Of a stretch of 64,000 nucleotides of DNA, positions 62,026 to 64,000 are shown piece by piece. Source of the DNA: Vitrella brassicaformis CCMP3155. Lineage: Eukaryota > Protista > Chromerida. Made by a program: the position numbers and the translations under genes. The notes under the pieces were generated by a model. The model was not told the DNA's origin. It ran no database searches and was given only the letters and a program-made list of their open reading frames with translations. The stretch lies in the NCBI GenBank assembly GCA_001179505.1, contig CDMY01000464.1, positions 7,544 through 71,543 of the forward strand, in the 5' to 3' direction. Position 1 is the stretch's first letter. Each line of letters opens with the position of its first letter.

Positions 62026-62825
62026 CCTCCTGCGGCGTTCTGGACTTCGCGCGCACCACAGAGTTCAGGATTTCAGTGTGTTAGGTTGCGTGAAACTGTT
62101 CGCCCACCTTCTGTGATGCCCAGGGTTATAGACACGAGTCTCGTGAGACCAACCATGCCCACTTGAATCAAACAAGTCTCATCAACACGCACATGTAGAT
62201 ACATCTCTCTGCAGAGCAGAGGCTCTATCTGTCTCCCACTTGTCCGCCAGCCAGGAAGCCACACACACATGCATTCAACACGAAGACAACACGAACGCAG
62301 GAAGGGAGCGGGCCAAGGAAGGGGAGCAAGACAGCCAGCACACGACGACAGACACAAGGCAGGCACCATCACCATACAAACGGAGCCCTCCCGGACAACC
62401 ACCACTCCATGCAGTTCTGGAGCTGCGCCGCAAACCGGGCCGCTCAGCCGTGGATGCAGTGAGGCACGCACCAACGAGCGAGGTGCGCCACATAAACAGC
62501 AGCACCCGGCACGACAGCCAGCCAGCCACACAAGAGGAGCAAGACAGCCACCACGCACCCTCTCCATCAAATCCAACCGGCAGGAAGATTCCCGGTGAGG
62601 GGACAGACATGGACACGCGCACGTTCACACACACGAGACTAGACTCGAGATACCCAGCTGGCTGGGATCGACACAGTTGACACGACAGACAGATGAGCGA
62701 CAGACAGATGACCACGATAGATACACTTTGACACTCACTGACTGAGGACAGCCAACGCGGCAGGTGGGCACGATACACAAGGAAAGTAAGTGACTAAAGC
62801 TGTGCTCTTGACAGCTCTTGTCTGA

Positions 62826-63439
62826 TTAATAAGAGGAAGAATAGGAATAGGAGAAACGCATTCCGCCCATGGCAAAGTAGGTGACCCCGATGATCATGCA
62901 GATGGTGGCCGTGGTGAGGCAGATGCGGGCCCACTTGTGCCGCTTCGACCCCGGCTGGGCGTCCAGGTTGAGGCAGAAGGCGAAGCAGCCGATGGGCCAG
63001 AGGAGCACCGACAACACACAGGACACCTGGAATGATCAACAGACAACACAACACAACACACAGAGGGGAAAGAATGTGTGGCGCTGGCTGTTTCTCTCTC
63101 CTGCCCACATCGATTCATCTATCTCACCTGTAAGCATGGGAGCCAGCATGACTTATCATCCTCGTGTCGCGGATCCACCACCACCGGCTCCGGCACGTTG
63201 ATTACATGAGCACCACCCAACTGCGGCTGCACCGTCTGCGGCTGCACATACTGCGGCTGATCACCGTCCTCGGGCTTCTCGGACGTGCCTGCCGTCGCCG
63301 GTGGCTGGCCGACAACAACGGGCATCGTCTGGGGCGCATCGTATGCCGGTGCAGTGGTGGGTGAGGCGATGTCGGCGGATGGCCAGTTGACGGGCTGCGG
63401 CTGGGCGAGAGAGGGCTGCTCAACCGAGGGGTACGTCAT
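62826..63439 (-). CDS. Small membrane protein: Pro/Gln-rich N-terminus and two C-terminal hydrophobic segments (dispanin/CD225-like topology)
   Basis: Exons 63128-63439 and 62826-63026 give ..DKSCWLPCLQ|VSCVLSVLLWPIGCFAFCLNLDAQPGSKRHKWARICLTTATICMIIGVTYFAMG..*. Confidence 0.7.
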
Positions 63440-63666
63440 GACTGATGCGGCTGCGGCTTGCAAGGGCTGTTGGGAGGCAAGAGGCGGAGGATGTGATTCA
63501 CCAGCTGAGGACTGAGATCTTTGCCGGCAGTGCCTTTTTTGTTGAGGAAACGTGAGTGCTCGTCGGGACAGGGATGTGCGACACGGGAGAGGCGCCAGGG
63601 ATGTCGGATAAATAGCGTGCTCAGGTTGCTTGTAGAGTGGTCGATGACCAAGCAGATGGAGTCAGA

Positions 63667-63909
63667 GTCTTTTCTCTCTGAAAAGACCCAGTCTGTCTAA
63701 CGCTATGGCGTTGGGCTTCCGCTGGAATAGGGCTCCGTTTCACGAAGCTACCTAAGACAGCGGGTATCTCCCTGGGCTCTGGCCAGGGGTAACTGGCCAG
63801 ACGGTATTATGTTTGGTTCTGCTGCTCGTTTCACGTAGCAGCCTGGGCTAGGGCTTGAGTGCCCTTCGACACCCCCTCTCACTCAAGACCCTCTACGAAG
63901 CCTAGAGGG
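63667..63909. other. Unassigned, densely base-paired element (candidate ncRNA or miniature mobile element)
   Basis: At least seven stems can be read by eye in 243 nt of microsatellite-free sequence; see findings. Confidence 0.55.
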
Positions 63910-64000
63910 AAGCCATCTACCAGATCTACATCTGCTCTGCCTCCCCTCATGTATCCATATCGGATTCCTCATCAGATTCCACATCCATCCTTGTGCCCCT

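Noticed and set aside
63667-63909. Assignment as SRP RNA, RNase P/MRP, telomerase RNA, hammerhead ribozyme or group II domain V
   Set aside because: Only partial resemblance was found (CCCAGG..GAAAC..GAGCAG to SRP helix 8; GUGAAAC loops). There is no Alu UGUNR or long helix 5, no P4 pairing, no CCCUAA template, no CUGANGA core and no AGC triad helix.

Overview
Intron-rich eukaryotic nuclear DNA, most likely from a chromerid/chrompodellid alveolate such as Vitrella brassicaformis. This is inferred from an alveolin gene, an apicomplexan-type COX5B, a protein with a bipartite plastid leader, high GC and short introns full of (CA)n/(TG)n microsatellites. Splicing the ORF fragments by eye gives about 23 protein genes: PAN/apple protein (3' end only), alveolin, COG2521-type archaeal-like methyltransferase, divergent centrin, MATCAP/DUF1704 peptidase, GCP2, a Zn-ribbon + IPT/TIG-like protein, an Mx-like dynamin, METTL13, an oxidoreductase-SelD fusion, a 1.65 kb direct duplication with one lesioned copy, GST, GTF3C5, CenH3, COX5B, GST-kappa, a secreted Cys-repeat protein, SANBR/KIAA1841, a plastid-targeted His-containing membrane protein and several hypotheticals. 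No rRNA, tRNA, CRISPR array or transposase was seen. The least explained signals are non-coding: an unassigned ~240-nt multi-hairpin element at 63.67-63.91 kb, a 27-bp perfect hairpin filling a GCP2 intron, widespread AC-rich 5' / GT-rich 3' intron complementarity, and a GGAAGATC octamer in four head-to-head spacers. Gene coordinates run from the inferred start to the stop, include introns, and were not computationally verified.
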